Part shown: in pieces, positions 27,985 to 37,113 of the stretch
Layout of the letters: each line of letters opens with the position of its first letter
How positions within the stretch are numbered: the first letter of the stretch is position 1
Origin: a virus
Length of the DNA: 64,000 nucleotides
IMG/VR virus record: IMGVR_UViG_3300032242_000550
Coordinates: 1 to 64,000 of that record
Reading direction: 5' to 3' (one strand)
The notes under the pieces: model-generated
What the model was told of the DNA's origin: nothing
The model's database searches: none
Seen by the model: only the letters and a program-made list of their open reading frames with translations
Program-made: the position numbers and the translations under genes

Positions 27985-30900
27985 TCAATTGTATTTAGTA
28001 TTAAAATACTCTTTTAACCAAGGCCAATCATAACTTAGACGTAATTTGTCTAAATCACCATTGACTGATTCATAGTATTCTACAGCATCTATCGCACCAT
28101 TTATACTATATTGGGCGTAATCACCCTCACCCACAGTTGACCATATCTTTAATCGTTGTCTACTAACTTTACTATCTTCACAACGTAACTTAATAGCTTC
28201 ACGGAAACTAGTACGCCATGTGCTAAACTCATCAGTATTATACCTTGCCACACCACTATTCAACTCTACAACTTCATGTTCATTATCCAATGTAAAGTCT
28301 AACCCTTTACCCATATTGCTCAATGTAATCTGTCTGTTATAAGCAATCAAGGCTTGATGGCCGTATACCAAACCATTAACAGGATTACTTGCATAAAAGA
28401 TATAATGTTTAGGTATCTGTAATCTATCTGGTTGCCATGTCCAATCAAACTTACTGTTAACACGTAACTTAGCAAATACAGTAAACATCCATGAGGTACG
28501 GCTTGCATTTGCGGCAGCATGATAGGCAGCAACACGACCATTGACCCCATCAACACGAACAACACGATTCTTCAATCCTTTAGTTACATTCAATAAATGT
28601 TCATAGTTTTCATCGGCTCCAGTTTCACCATTACTTAGGAATACTATATCTAATGGCTTTGACTGTCCCATCTTAGTTGCTTTAGCTATATATGGATAAT
28701 CATACAACTCTTTTTCAACATAATCGTTAGCTTCTTTGGGTACAACAATACGTGTACCACCTACATTTGTAATCAATATGTTCTTTGATTCACTAGACCA
28801 CATGCTGATTGGTTCATCATTAATATCAGGAGCAATACAATTATCACTTGTTGTAAACACTGCATATGGGAAATTATATGTATGTTCTTTAAAGTTTAAA
28901 TGTGTATCTGCTTCTGTTACAAAACTAGGTGCAGATAAACGTTTTAGTTTCTGATGCTGATTAAAATTAATCTTCTCTATGTTCTCTAACTTATCCAAAT
29001 CTTCTACCAGAATACGTAACTTGTTTACATTAATAAAGAACGTGTCACCAAACTTCTGTTTATCACTAGGAAACACATGTAATTGTTCTAGTGAGAATGG
29101 ATCAACTATATAAGTAAAATCAAAATTACTGTAATCACAAATAGAACTACATACCCAAATATAATGATCTTTCTTAATACCCAACTCATATAGCATGTTT
29201 TTTAATGTGGTTAAGTAATCATTTTCATATTTGATTGTGTAAACGTTTTCACGTTTTGTTTTGTTTTCAATCAAGGAAACCATGTCAGTTAAACCATCGT
29301 TACCGTAATCAATTAGATATACATCATATAGGCAGTTACTAGCTATAGCACGTTTTGTTTTTACAAAGTTTAGATTGTTTAGATGTTCTATGACCTTTAC
29401 GTATTTTGTATCTTCTGCAAATGTTTCTTTATTAACCATAAACGTAGTACCCCAATGACTCCATTGTGTACCAAACACATGAACCATTGACATTTGCCAT
29501 GGGTTAGGATAATAGCTAAAATCAAATTTAGTATAATCTAATTCGCTGTTTAATATCCAACATAGTTCTGTTGTAGATTTGTTTATACAGCGATTGATAG
29601 TATCAACCCAACTGTTTAAGTATCTTGTCTTTTGTAGTGTAGGGAACTGTAATTTAAGTTGTTCAAATCGTACGGCAGATTCTTTATTACCCTTATCCAC
29701 AAAGAATGCATCTACTTGTTTAAACAGTTTAGATAGATATATTTCATCTAGTTTTGTATTTTCAATGAAGTTTATATCTCTATATCCTTCTTTATACATT
29801 TTTCCATTAACTAGATATGTTTGTGTTGTTTCACTTTCAGGGCTACCAAACGTATTAATATTGAATGCCTGTTCTTTAGTAGGCTTCCAATTAAAATCAA
29901 ACTTAGTATAATCAATATTTTTACGCAATGCCCAGAAGATTTCATCACTATGTTGTTCTATCAAACTATCTAATGTGGTTTCAATATAGTATTGAGGATA
30001 TTGTATTGCTTCAGAGGATAACAATATATTTTCTAATAATACAACAGTTCCATCATTGTTTGGAGTAACATATTTAGGACCATCTTGTAAATGAACATCT
30101 TCTAATAGTGTACCAAACTGATAGATATAAGGTGGGCTATGTATATCTGGATGCCAACTAAAATCAAATACGTTTTTATCAAACCCGGCTGGTATAATCC
30201 AATTGGTAAAATTTTGTTTAATTTTTGCTATAGGATAATCCATATATTTGATATCTGTTGCTCCATTTGCAACATATCTAGGACCACCTATCTTATCCCA
30301 TGTGCTAGGGAACTGATAGATATATGCAGGTTCGGTACTATCTGGATGCCAACTATAATCAAACTCTAGTATATTATCAGGTATATCCCAATTTGTTTTA
30401 TCAGAAACACGTGTTGCTTTAAGTATATCCATGTACTTAGTAGGTGTATCTGTTTTACAGTTTGGTGGAGTAAACGTTGGACCATCTGTTTTTTGCCATT
30501 GTGTACCAAATTGATATATTAGTGGTTCGTCATTTATATTTGGATGCCAGCTAAAATCAAACAGTGTGGTATCTAAGCCTGCAGGTACAGTCCAATATGT
30601 CATATCTTGTTTAACTTTTGCTGTTGGATAATCTATATATTTTACTTCAGTAGCACCTTCTACAGTAAATTTAGGTCCGCCTGTACGACTCCAAGTACTA
30701 GCAAATTGATAAATGTAGGGTGGTTCTGTATCATCTGGATGCCAACTAAAATCAAATGATGATTGTTCTACATTACCTGGGATCAACCAATTAGTAAATC
30801 TCCATGCTACCACACTTGCTTTAAGTGTATTAATGTATTTTATCTCTGTAGCACCGGGTACTACATATCTAGGTCCACCTGTTTTTTGATGTACGGTAGC

Positions 30901-32124
30901 AAATTGATATATGTAGGGTGGGTCATTAGGATTAGGTTCCCAACTGTAATCAAAACTATTTTGTACTACATATGATGGTATTTCCCAGTTATCCATACAG
31001 GGTTTACGTGTGGCACGTTCTTCCATGTATTTGTATTCAGTAGCACCTTCAACAACATATTGAATAGATATTTTATCTTCAGGTTTATTCCATTGATTAC
31101 CCCATGCATAGATATATGGAGGACTCCACGGATCGGGTACCCATGAATAATCTATACCATCACAGTTTTCTAAATGTGTAAATCGTGTACTATTAGGTAA
31201 TAATTTTGCTCTCAATGATTCATCTTCAATGAATTTATATTCAGTTGCACCCGGTACACGATATTCAACTGTTGGCATAATCTCTGCAAGATATTGAGTG
31301 TTGCCAAACATATATATAAATGCAGGCTCACGTGGATCTGGTCTCCAACTGAAATCAAATGAGTTTTTATCTATTGATTTTAATTCTGTCCATCTATCAT
31401 ACTCAGGTAATACTACAACTGAGTTGTCCATATACTTACGTTCAGTTGCACCAGGACAATGATATTCTAATGTAGGTTTTAACTCGGCACTGATATATTT
31501 GTTTCCCCATGTATAGATGTATGCAGGCTCACGTGGGTCAGGTCTCCAAGTAAAATCAAATGTATCTTTATCTACTGCTTGTATTTCTACCCACTTATCC
31601 CATTCAGGTAATAAATCTACTGAATCATTCATGTATTTTACATTAGTAGCACCTTCAACATGATATTCTACATAATGTTTAATTTCTGCTGGATAGAATT
31701 TACAACCCCACTTATATATGTAGGGTGGGTCATATGGGTTAGGTTCCCAACTGTAATCAAAACTTAACTCATTAATTTTGTCTAGTACTACCCAATTATC
31801 ATGTTTTATATTTTTTCTATGTAGTGGTTCAACATCAGCACGATAGATAATAATTTCACTATCTTGTGTTGAACATAACCATGTTCCACTATCTTTTTGA
31901 TATTGACTGGGCCATACGTTATTATGTTCACTAGTCCAAACTTCGTCATCGGGTAAGAAGTCAAAATCCCAATCCCAATCAAAGTTTGTATAGTCACAAT
32001 ATTCATTGATTATCCAAAAGTGTTCGGTGGTACATTGATTTCTAGCATGTGCCAAATCAATTGCATGTTTTTCTCTTGGGTGTGCGTTGGGTTTATTACC
32101 GTAATAAAATACATCTCTAAGCAT
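27985..32124 (-). CDS. Large repeat protein with degenerate GT-A-like glycosyltransferase modules
   Basis: 1379 aa; nine W/P/Y-rich ~65-aa repeats; C-terminal domain aligns by eye with 43824-44777 (RVDGV.G..AA..AA, N..NGL.YG, WR..FRE..K). Confidence 0.7.
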   Translation of the reverse strand: MLRDVFYYGNKPNAHPREKHAIDLAHARNQCTTEHFWIINEYCDYTNFDWDWDFDFLPDDEVWTSEHNNVWPSQYQKDSGTWLCSTQDSEIIIYRADVEPLHRKNIKHDNWVVLDKINELSFDYSWEPNPYDPPYIYKWGCKFYPAEIKHYVEYHVEGATNVKYMNDSVDLLPEWDKWVEIQAVDKDTFDFTWRPDPREPAYIYTWGNKYISAELKPTLEYHCPGATERKYMDNSVVVLPEYDRWTELKSIDKNSFDFSWRPDPREPAFIYMFGNTQYLAEIMPTVEYRVPGATEYKFIEDESLRAKLLPNSTRFTHLENCDGIDYSWVPDPWSPPYIYAWGNQWNKPEDKISIQYVVEGATEYKYMEERATRKPCMDNWEIPSYVVQNSFDYSWEPNPNDPPYIYQFATVHQKTGGPRYVVPGATEIKYINTLKASVVAWRFTNWLIPGNVEQSSFDFSWHPDDTEPPYIYQFASTWSRTGGPKFTVEGATEVKYIDYPTAKVKQDMTYWTVPAGLDTTLFDFSWHPNINDEPLIYQFGTQWQKTDGPTFTPPNCKTDTPTKYMDILKATRVSDKTNWDIPDNILEFDYSWHPDSTEPAYIYQFPSTWDKIGGPRYVANGATDIKYMDYPIAKIKQNFTNWIIPAGFDKNVFDFSWHPDIHSPPYIYQFGTLLEDVHLQDGPKYVTPNNDGTVVLLENILLSSEAIQYPQYYIETTLDSLIEQHSDEIFWALRKNIDYTKFDFNWKPTKEQAFNINTFGSPESETTQTYLVNGKMYKEGYRDINFIENTKLDEIYLSKLFKQVDAFFVDKGNKESAVRFEQLKLQFPTLQKTRYLNSWVDTINRCINKSTTELCWILNSELDYTKFDFSYYPNPWQMSMVHVFGTQWSHWGTTFMVNKETFAEDTKYVKVIEHLNNLNFVKTKRAIASNCLYDVYLIDYGNDGLTDMVSLIENKTKRENVYTIKYENDYLTTLKNMLYELGIKKDHYIWVCSSICDYSNFDFTYIVDPFSLEQLHVFPSDKQKFGDTFFINVNKLRILVEDLDKLENIEKINFNQHQKLKRLSAPSFVTEADTHLNFKEHTYNFPYAVFTTSDNCIAPDINDEPISMWSSESKNILITNVGGTRIVVPKEANDYVEKELYDYPYIAKATKMGQSKPLDIVFLSNGETGADENYEHLLNVTKGLKNRVVRVDGVNGRVAAYHAAANASRTSWMFTVFAKLRVNSKFDWTWQPDRLQIPKHYIFYASNPVNGLVYGHQALIAYNRQITLSNMGKGLDFTLDNEHEVVELNSGVARYNTDEFSTWRTSFREAIKLRCEDSKVSRQRLKIWSTVGEGDYAQYSINGAIDAVEYYESVNGDLDKLRLSYDWPWLKEYFNTKYN
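30055..31800 (-). repeat. Nine ~65-aa intragenic repeats D[FY][ST]WxP...P[PA]YIY...Y...GATExKY
   Basis: Counted directly in the translation. Confidence 0.9.
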
Positions 32125-32180
32125 TACTATACTTATTAATGATTGTACATCTTCTAAACTTTCCTACACACAAACTATGA

Positions 32181-32188
32181 TATAAATA
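32181..32188 (+). promoter_or_regulatory. T4-type late promoter for the plus-strand island
   Basis: Exact TATAAATA followed by an AGGA Shine-Dalgarno and GTG start at 32208. Confidence 0.7.
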
Positions 32189-32207
32189 ACTGTTTAGGAA
32201 TACAATA

Positions 32208-33269
32208 GTGAGTGAATATACCAATTATGAATTTACCCCGGGCAAACCAATCAGAACTTATAATACAAATGGTACATGGAGAGATTGGAGCACCGATGAA
32301 TTAGTAGGTGCAAAATTAAACTATCTTACTGGATGGAAATGTGGTGCGGGTGTTGATAGTTTATTCATTGATATGGATGGTGGTGTGTGGACTGCTAGCT
32401 GTCGTGTAGGTGGCAACTTGGGTAGTGTTTGGGACGACTTTGTAGTGCCAGAAGATTGGATAGATTGTACTAAAAACGTCTGTAGTTGTGGTGCTGACTT
32501 ATTCATACCCAAAACTAGTGTTATAGAATTTAAACCGTTATTACGTAAAGGTCAAGGATTAGATGCTCAACCTGAATTACGTAATGATAACTTAACAGAA
32601 TATGTTGCTATGGAACGTACACATGCTAGTACACAGAAACAAATTTACTGGGAAATAGGTCGTAGATGTAACTATGACTGTAGCTATTGCTGGCCATGGA
32701 TACACAACAACACTGATCCACATAAATCATTAGAAGAACTAATGAAAGCTACACATTTGATTGAGAAAAAATTCACTAAGGGTGAAAGTGTTAATTTCAT
32801 TATCAGTGGTGGTGAACCAACTGTCAACAAAGATTTCTTAGATTGGTTACGTTACTTAAATGCATGTGGACATCATGTTAGTTTGCATAGTAATGGTAGT
32901 CGTTTACCTGACTATTACAAAGAAGTTATACATTATGGTGACTTAAATCTTAGTGTACATTATGAATTCTATGATAGAAAGAAGTTTGTTAAGGTAGTTG
33001 AAGCTATTGCAAAAGAAAAAGCAGAAAATGGTGATTGCGGACATTTAGAAGTTAAGTTCATGATGGCACCACATAATCGTGATGAAACATTAAGTCTAGA
33101 AGCAGAATTAAAAGAACTACCATACTTTAGTGATTACTGTACATGGGCTATTGTTCCTATTCGCGGTGATTTGAATAACAAAACTAGTGCGCCTGATTCA
33201 GGATCGGGTAGTGAAGTTATGGTAGGTTATACTAAAGAAGATTATATTTTATTTGGCGATAGAAAATGA
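32208..33269 (+). CDS. Radical SAM protein with N-terminal auxiliary Cys-rich domain
   Basis: CNYDCSYC, SGGEP, HSNGSR; N-terminal GWKCGAG...SCRVGG...CTKNVCSC. Confidence 0.9.
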   Translation: MSEYTNYEFTPGKPIRTYNTNGTWRDWSTDELVGAKLNYLTGWKCGAGVDSLFIDMDGGVWTASCRVGGNLGSVWDDFVVPEDWIDCTKNVCSCGADLFIPKTSVIEFKPLLRKGQGLDAQPELRNDNLTEYVAMERTHASTQKQIYWEIGRRCNYDCSYCWPWIHNNTDPHKSLEELMKATHLIEKKFTKGESVNFIISGGEPTVNKDFLDWLRYLNACGHHVSLHSNGSRLPDYYKEVIHYGDLNLSVHYEFYDRKKFVKVVEAIAKEKAENGDCGHLEVKFMMAPHNRDETLSLEAELKELPYFSDYCTWAIVPIRGDLNNKTSAPDSGSGSEVMVGYTKEDYILFGDRK

Positions 33270-34015
33270 AAATAGTATTAGTCACCGGAGGATTTGACCC
33301 ACTACATTCAGGTCATATTGAATACTTTAAGGCTGCAAAAAAGCTCGGAGATAAACTAATTGTTGGGTTGAATAGTGATGCATGGTTAGCTCGTAAAAAG
33401 GGTCAACCATTCATGCCCTACACCGAACGTATGTCAATCATTGAGAATTTAGTAATGGTAGAACATTGTGTCATTTTCAACGATGATGATGGATCTAGCA
33501 TTCAGGCTATACATAATGTAAAGATGATGTATCCAGATGCAGATATTATCTTTGCAAATGGTGGTGATAGGACAGCTACAAACATTCCCGAAATGTGTGT
33601 TAAAGATGTTGAATTTGTATTTGGTGTGGGTGGTAGTAATAAAAAGAACAGTAGCAGTTGGATATTAGAAGAATGGAAAAGTCCTAAAACAATACGACCC
33701 TGGGGTTATTATCGTGTGTTACATGAAGTTCCGGGTATGAAGGTTAAAGAACTTACAGTTGACTCAGGATCTAGTTTAAGTATGCAACGACACGAATATC
33801 GTGCAGAGTATTGGATTGTCTCAGAGGGTGAGGCTACAGTATATTGGGACAAGTATAGCAATACAAAACTAACGAAACATAGTTCAGAAGTCATACAAAA
33901 ACAAGAATGGCATAGATTAGTTAATGAAACATCTATGCCACTAAAGCTTGTTGAAATTCAATACGGAGAACAATGTATTGAAGAAGATATAATAAGATCA
34001 GATTACAAGCGTTAA
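33266..34015 (+). CDS. Cytidylyltransferase-like (HxGH) domain fused to a mannose-6-phosphate isomerase-type cupin
   Basis: TGGFDPLHSGH, VGLNSD, FANGGDR; RPWGYYRVL, SLSMQRH..RAEYW, IQYGEQCIEEDI. Confidence 0.88.
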   Translation: MKIVLVTGGFDPLHSGHIEYFKAAKKLGDKLIVGLNSDAWLARKKGQPFMPYTERMSIIENLVMVEHCVIFNDDDGSSIQAIHNVKMMYPDADIIFANGGDRTATNIPEMCVKDVEFVFGVGGSNKKNSSSWILEEWKSPKTIRPWGYYRVLHEVPGMKVKELTVDSGSSLSMQRHEYRAEYWIVSEGEATVYWDKYSNTKLTKHSSEVIQKQEWHRLVNETSMPLKLVEIQYGEQCIEEDIIRSDYKR

Positions 34016-34744
34016 GCTATAATCTTCTGGTAATATATTATATTCTTTTAGCATATTAATTTTCATCTCTTTATGAAGGTTTTCCCAAACATGCCATCTT
34101 TCTTCCCACTCTTTTAAAGATTTTATTAAGTCATTAATGGAAGGTAAAAAATCAATATGAGTAGGACGAGAAATATTTGGATTACATAAGTTTCCTAAGA
34201 AGTTTAAGCTTATATTATTTTCTAAATAAAAGTCTCGCAAGTCAGTATGGTTATTCATTACTGTTGCTTTTTGATATCTTGTACAATAAATCTTAAAAAC
34301 ATTCATTGACATAATTTGAAAGGTGTCTGATATTCCCATGCTAACTGTATTATCAGCCGTAATTAATGATTCCCATATAATATGTAATGACCCATTATAA
34401 TTAAAATTATTATTTACTCTCATGAAGGGTACGATATCAGGTCTAGTCTCAATAACTATATCATAATCATTATATATAAAATTATTGGATATACATTTAC
34501 ATAGCCAACTAGGACCTTGAGAACCGTTATAATGTTTATCTGTACTAACTTTGAGAAATTTTATTAAGTTTTGTCCCTTAAAACTATCTATTATTCTATC
34601 CTCATCTAAACCAGGTATATCCCAAGTTACAAAATAATAATCTACTGATTTAGCAAGTTTACTATAATCTTTAAACACATATTCTTTAATTTGATGCCAG
34701 GTTCTTACATGACCTCTTAATACAACTGCGATTCTATCAAACAT
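33998..34744 (-). CDS. Hypothetical protein, possibly glycosyltransferase-like
   Basis: IAVVLRGHVRTW, DYYFVTW and YDIVIETRPD motifs resemble uncharacterised polysaccharide-locus proteins. Confidence 0.5.
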   Translation of the reverse strand: MFDRIAVVLRGHVRTWHQIKEYVFKDYSKLAKSVDYYFVTWDIPGLDEDRIIDSFKGQNLIKFLKVSTDKHYNGSQGPSWLCKCISNNFIYNDYDIVIETRPDIVPFMRVNNNFNYNGSLHIIWESLITADNTVSMGISDTFQIMSMNVFKIYCTRYQKATVMNNHTDLRDFYLENNISLNFLGNLCNPNISRPTHIDFLPSINDLIKSLKEWEERWHVWENLHKEMKINMLKEYNILPEDYSLTLVI

Positions 34745-35189
34745 TTAAGTCCTTAATTTTATTAATATAATCGGTACATACTCCATAACATTTGGCATTT
34801 TTAACTATAGCTAACGTTGGATCAATATTTTCTGGTAGAACCATAATACTAGTGGTTCTTAAGTCTTGTCCGGGATAAGTCCAAATAAACCCTTTACTGG
34901 TTAATGTGAAATCATCTGTTTGATGCCAAAAGTAGTTGAAATTGGTATTGGTTAAATAATATAAAGCACTTAGATTTTTTGCATGAATCCATAAATTAGT
35001 ATTTGATAAAAAGTCATGTGATATTTTATATTGAGGGAAATCATGACCTAAATATAAATGAGAATCGTTTACCCATAGATCCACTTCGCAATCTATACCC
35101 AGATCGCAAACAGTACGTATTTGTTCAGGGTGATTTTCAATAGTCTCATCCGGTCCGTTGAGTAAACCTCTATGTGCAATTAGTTTCAT
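34737..35189 (-). CDS. Small GDPD / PI-PLC-like phosphodiesterase-fold protein
   Basis: MKLIAHRG, EN, EVDLW, LGHD, WIHAKN, GVCTDY. Confidence 0.75.
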   Translation of the reverse strand: MKLIAHRGLLNGPDETIENHPEQIRTVCDLGIDCEVDLWVNDSHLYLGHDFPQYKISHDFLSNTNLWIHAKNLSALYYLTNTNFNYFWHQTDDFTLTSKGFIWTYPGQDLRTTSIMVLPENIDPTLAIVKNAKCYGVCTDYINKIKDLNV

Positions 35190-36553
35190 TTTTTATGGTT
35201 CTTTAAAAATGTATCTAAGTCTTCCGGAGTGCCTATACCCCACATGTTTTCAACACGTTTAACTTTAATCTTTTTCCCGTCATCAATTGCTTCATTAAAC
35301 ACCGGACATACATAAAACTCATTGTTAACTCGTATATCTTTGTCAATCATTTGTTCAGCATATTTAACATAATCACTACCTCTTTTCCAATAGTAAATGC
35401 CCACTGTTGCCTCATTACTGATAACTTTTTTCTCTGCTACTGTATTTACGAACCCATCAACTCCCACCTTAGCATAACTCCATTTGGGATGTGTTGATTC
35501 AAATGTCAATATTCCACCATCAATTTCATCGGCGGTAAATGCATACATACATTCATTACTATTCCAATCTATATATTGGTCACTGTTAGCCATAATTAAA
35601 GGTCTATCATTATTAATAAATTCTTTAGCTAATAATGTTGAACAGGCAGCACCTTCTGTAATTCCATTAACCTGTACTATATCACAATTTGGGGCAATAA
35701 GGTTTAACAAGTAATTTAATTTATACTTTTCATAATGTTCCTGTTGAACAATGAAAATATAATGTGCTTCTATGTTTAAATTTTCTACCACTACTTGGAT
35801 CATTGGTTTACCATTAACTTCTATTAATGGTTTGGGGAAAGTATAACCCTGTTGTGCAAATCTACTACCGGCGCCTGCCATTGGTATTAGTACATTTAAT
35901 CTGCTATCTTTCCATGGCACAGAGGTAGTAACTAGTTGAGAATTCATTTTTTGTAAATGTGTATTTATTTTATCCCAAGTCAGGTCAGTTGAATTTTCTA
36001 CTGCTAATAATGATGCCCCACTATCTAATACTGCTTGTCTTCCAATATGACTATCTTCTATTATTAGTGTGTTTTTTGGTAATTCGTTTAATGCTGTCAT
36101 GCATTTCCAATACATTTCTGGAAATGGCTTTGGATGCTGAACATCCTGATTACTGACATAATAATCAACATACTCTATAACACCTATCTTAAGTAAACTA
36201 AGCTTAACTGTTTCCCTAATACTATTACTAGCAACTGCTATTGAACATCCAATGGATTTAAGTTTAACAAATATATCTATTAGTTTTTCATCAACACTAA
36301 ATGTTTTAATAAGTTGAGTTGTAGCAATTTGCTTACGTTGCCATACTATGTCATAAAATTCTTCTGGCAATCCTTTTGCTTTTGATAATAGTTTTAATTT
36401 CTTAGAGGTACTTAATCCATCATAGATGGATAGATGTTCATCTCTATTAATTACATATTTAGGGTCTATACTGAGTAAAGCGTTATTAAGACTGATGTAG
36501 TGTAATTCACGGCTTTCAATTAATACTCCATCTAAATCAAATATTATTAGCAT
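35186..36553 (-). CDS. HAD phosphatase fused to a sugar-phosphate nucleotidyltransferase
   Basis: HAD motifs FDLDGVL, ASNS, KPFPE, IEDS; NTP-transferase IPMAGAGSRF...PKPLIEV, NSDQ, GIGTPEDL. Confidence 0.9.
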   Translation of the reverse strand: MLIIFDLDGVLIESRELHYISLNNALLSIDPKYVINRDEHLSIYDGLSTSKKLKLLSKAKGLPEEFYDIVWQRKQIATTQLIKTFSVDEKLIDIFVKLKSIGCSIAVASNSIRETVKLSLLKIGVIEYVDYYVSNQDVQHPKPFPEMYWKCMTALNELPKNTLIIEDSHIGRQAVLDSGASLLAVENSTDLTWDKINTHLQKMNSQLVTTSVPWKDSRLNVLIPMAGAGSRFAQQGYTFPKPLIEVNGKPMIQVVVENLNIEAHYIFIVQQEHYEKYKLNYLLNLIAPNCDIVQVNGITEGAACSTLLAKEFINNDRPLIMANSDQYIDWNSNECMYAFTADEIDGGILTFESTHPKWSYAKVGVDGFVNTVAEKKVISNEATVGIYYWKRGSDYVKYAEQMIDKDIRVNNEFYVCPVFNEAIDDGKKIKVKRVENMWGIGTPEDLDTFLKNHKK

Positions 36554-37113
36554 CTCTGTAAAATCATTAATAGTCTATCATTTGTGACTTTTTGCCAACC
36601 ATTATCTATCATTTTATTAATTTCATTGATAACATCAGGGCATTCCTGTCCATAGTCATGTGCCGCAAGATATCCACCAACTTTAACAAACTTACTCCAA
36701 AATTCTAAGTTAGTAGCTAAATTGGGGTTACCATGGTCTCCGTCTTCAAAGTATAAATCAATTTCTTTATCCCAGGTACTCGCACAAGCAGGACTATATC
36801 CTTCTATAAATTGTATATTGCTAAATCTATTGATGTTGTTTAGTAAATGTTGTTTGGATATTTTATCATTTAATACTTGTTCAACAATATATGTTTGTAC
36901 ATATTCATTGTAGGGTTCATTCCAATTGCTGCCATGGTCACAACAATCAAATGTTGTAATAATTGCATCCGGACGTGTTTCTGCTATTCGCACCGTTGAA
37001 CCACCTAAATAAGTACCTATCTCTACGATTGTAGGGTTGGGTGGTAAAAGTTTTGCTATCTGTAATAAACAATCTATCTCGGGAATTGCATGAATCTTTG
37101 AATAATCAATCAT
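36547..37113 (-). CDS. Class I SAM methyltransferase (Methyltransf_24-like)
   Basis: IVEIGTYLGGST, IDLYFEDGDH, VKVGGYLAAHDY. Confidence 0.85.
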   Translation of the reverse strand: MIDYSKIHAIPEIDCLLQIAKLLPPNPTIVEIGTYLGGSTVRIAETRPDAIITTFDCCDHGSNWNEPYNEYVQTYIVEQVLNDKISKQHLLNNINRFSNIQFIEGYSPACASTWDKEIDLYFEDGDHGNPNLATNLEFWSKFVKVGGYLAAHDYGQECPDVINEINKMIDNGWQKVTNDRLLMILQRC

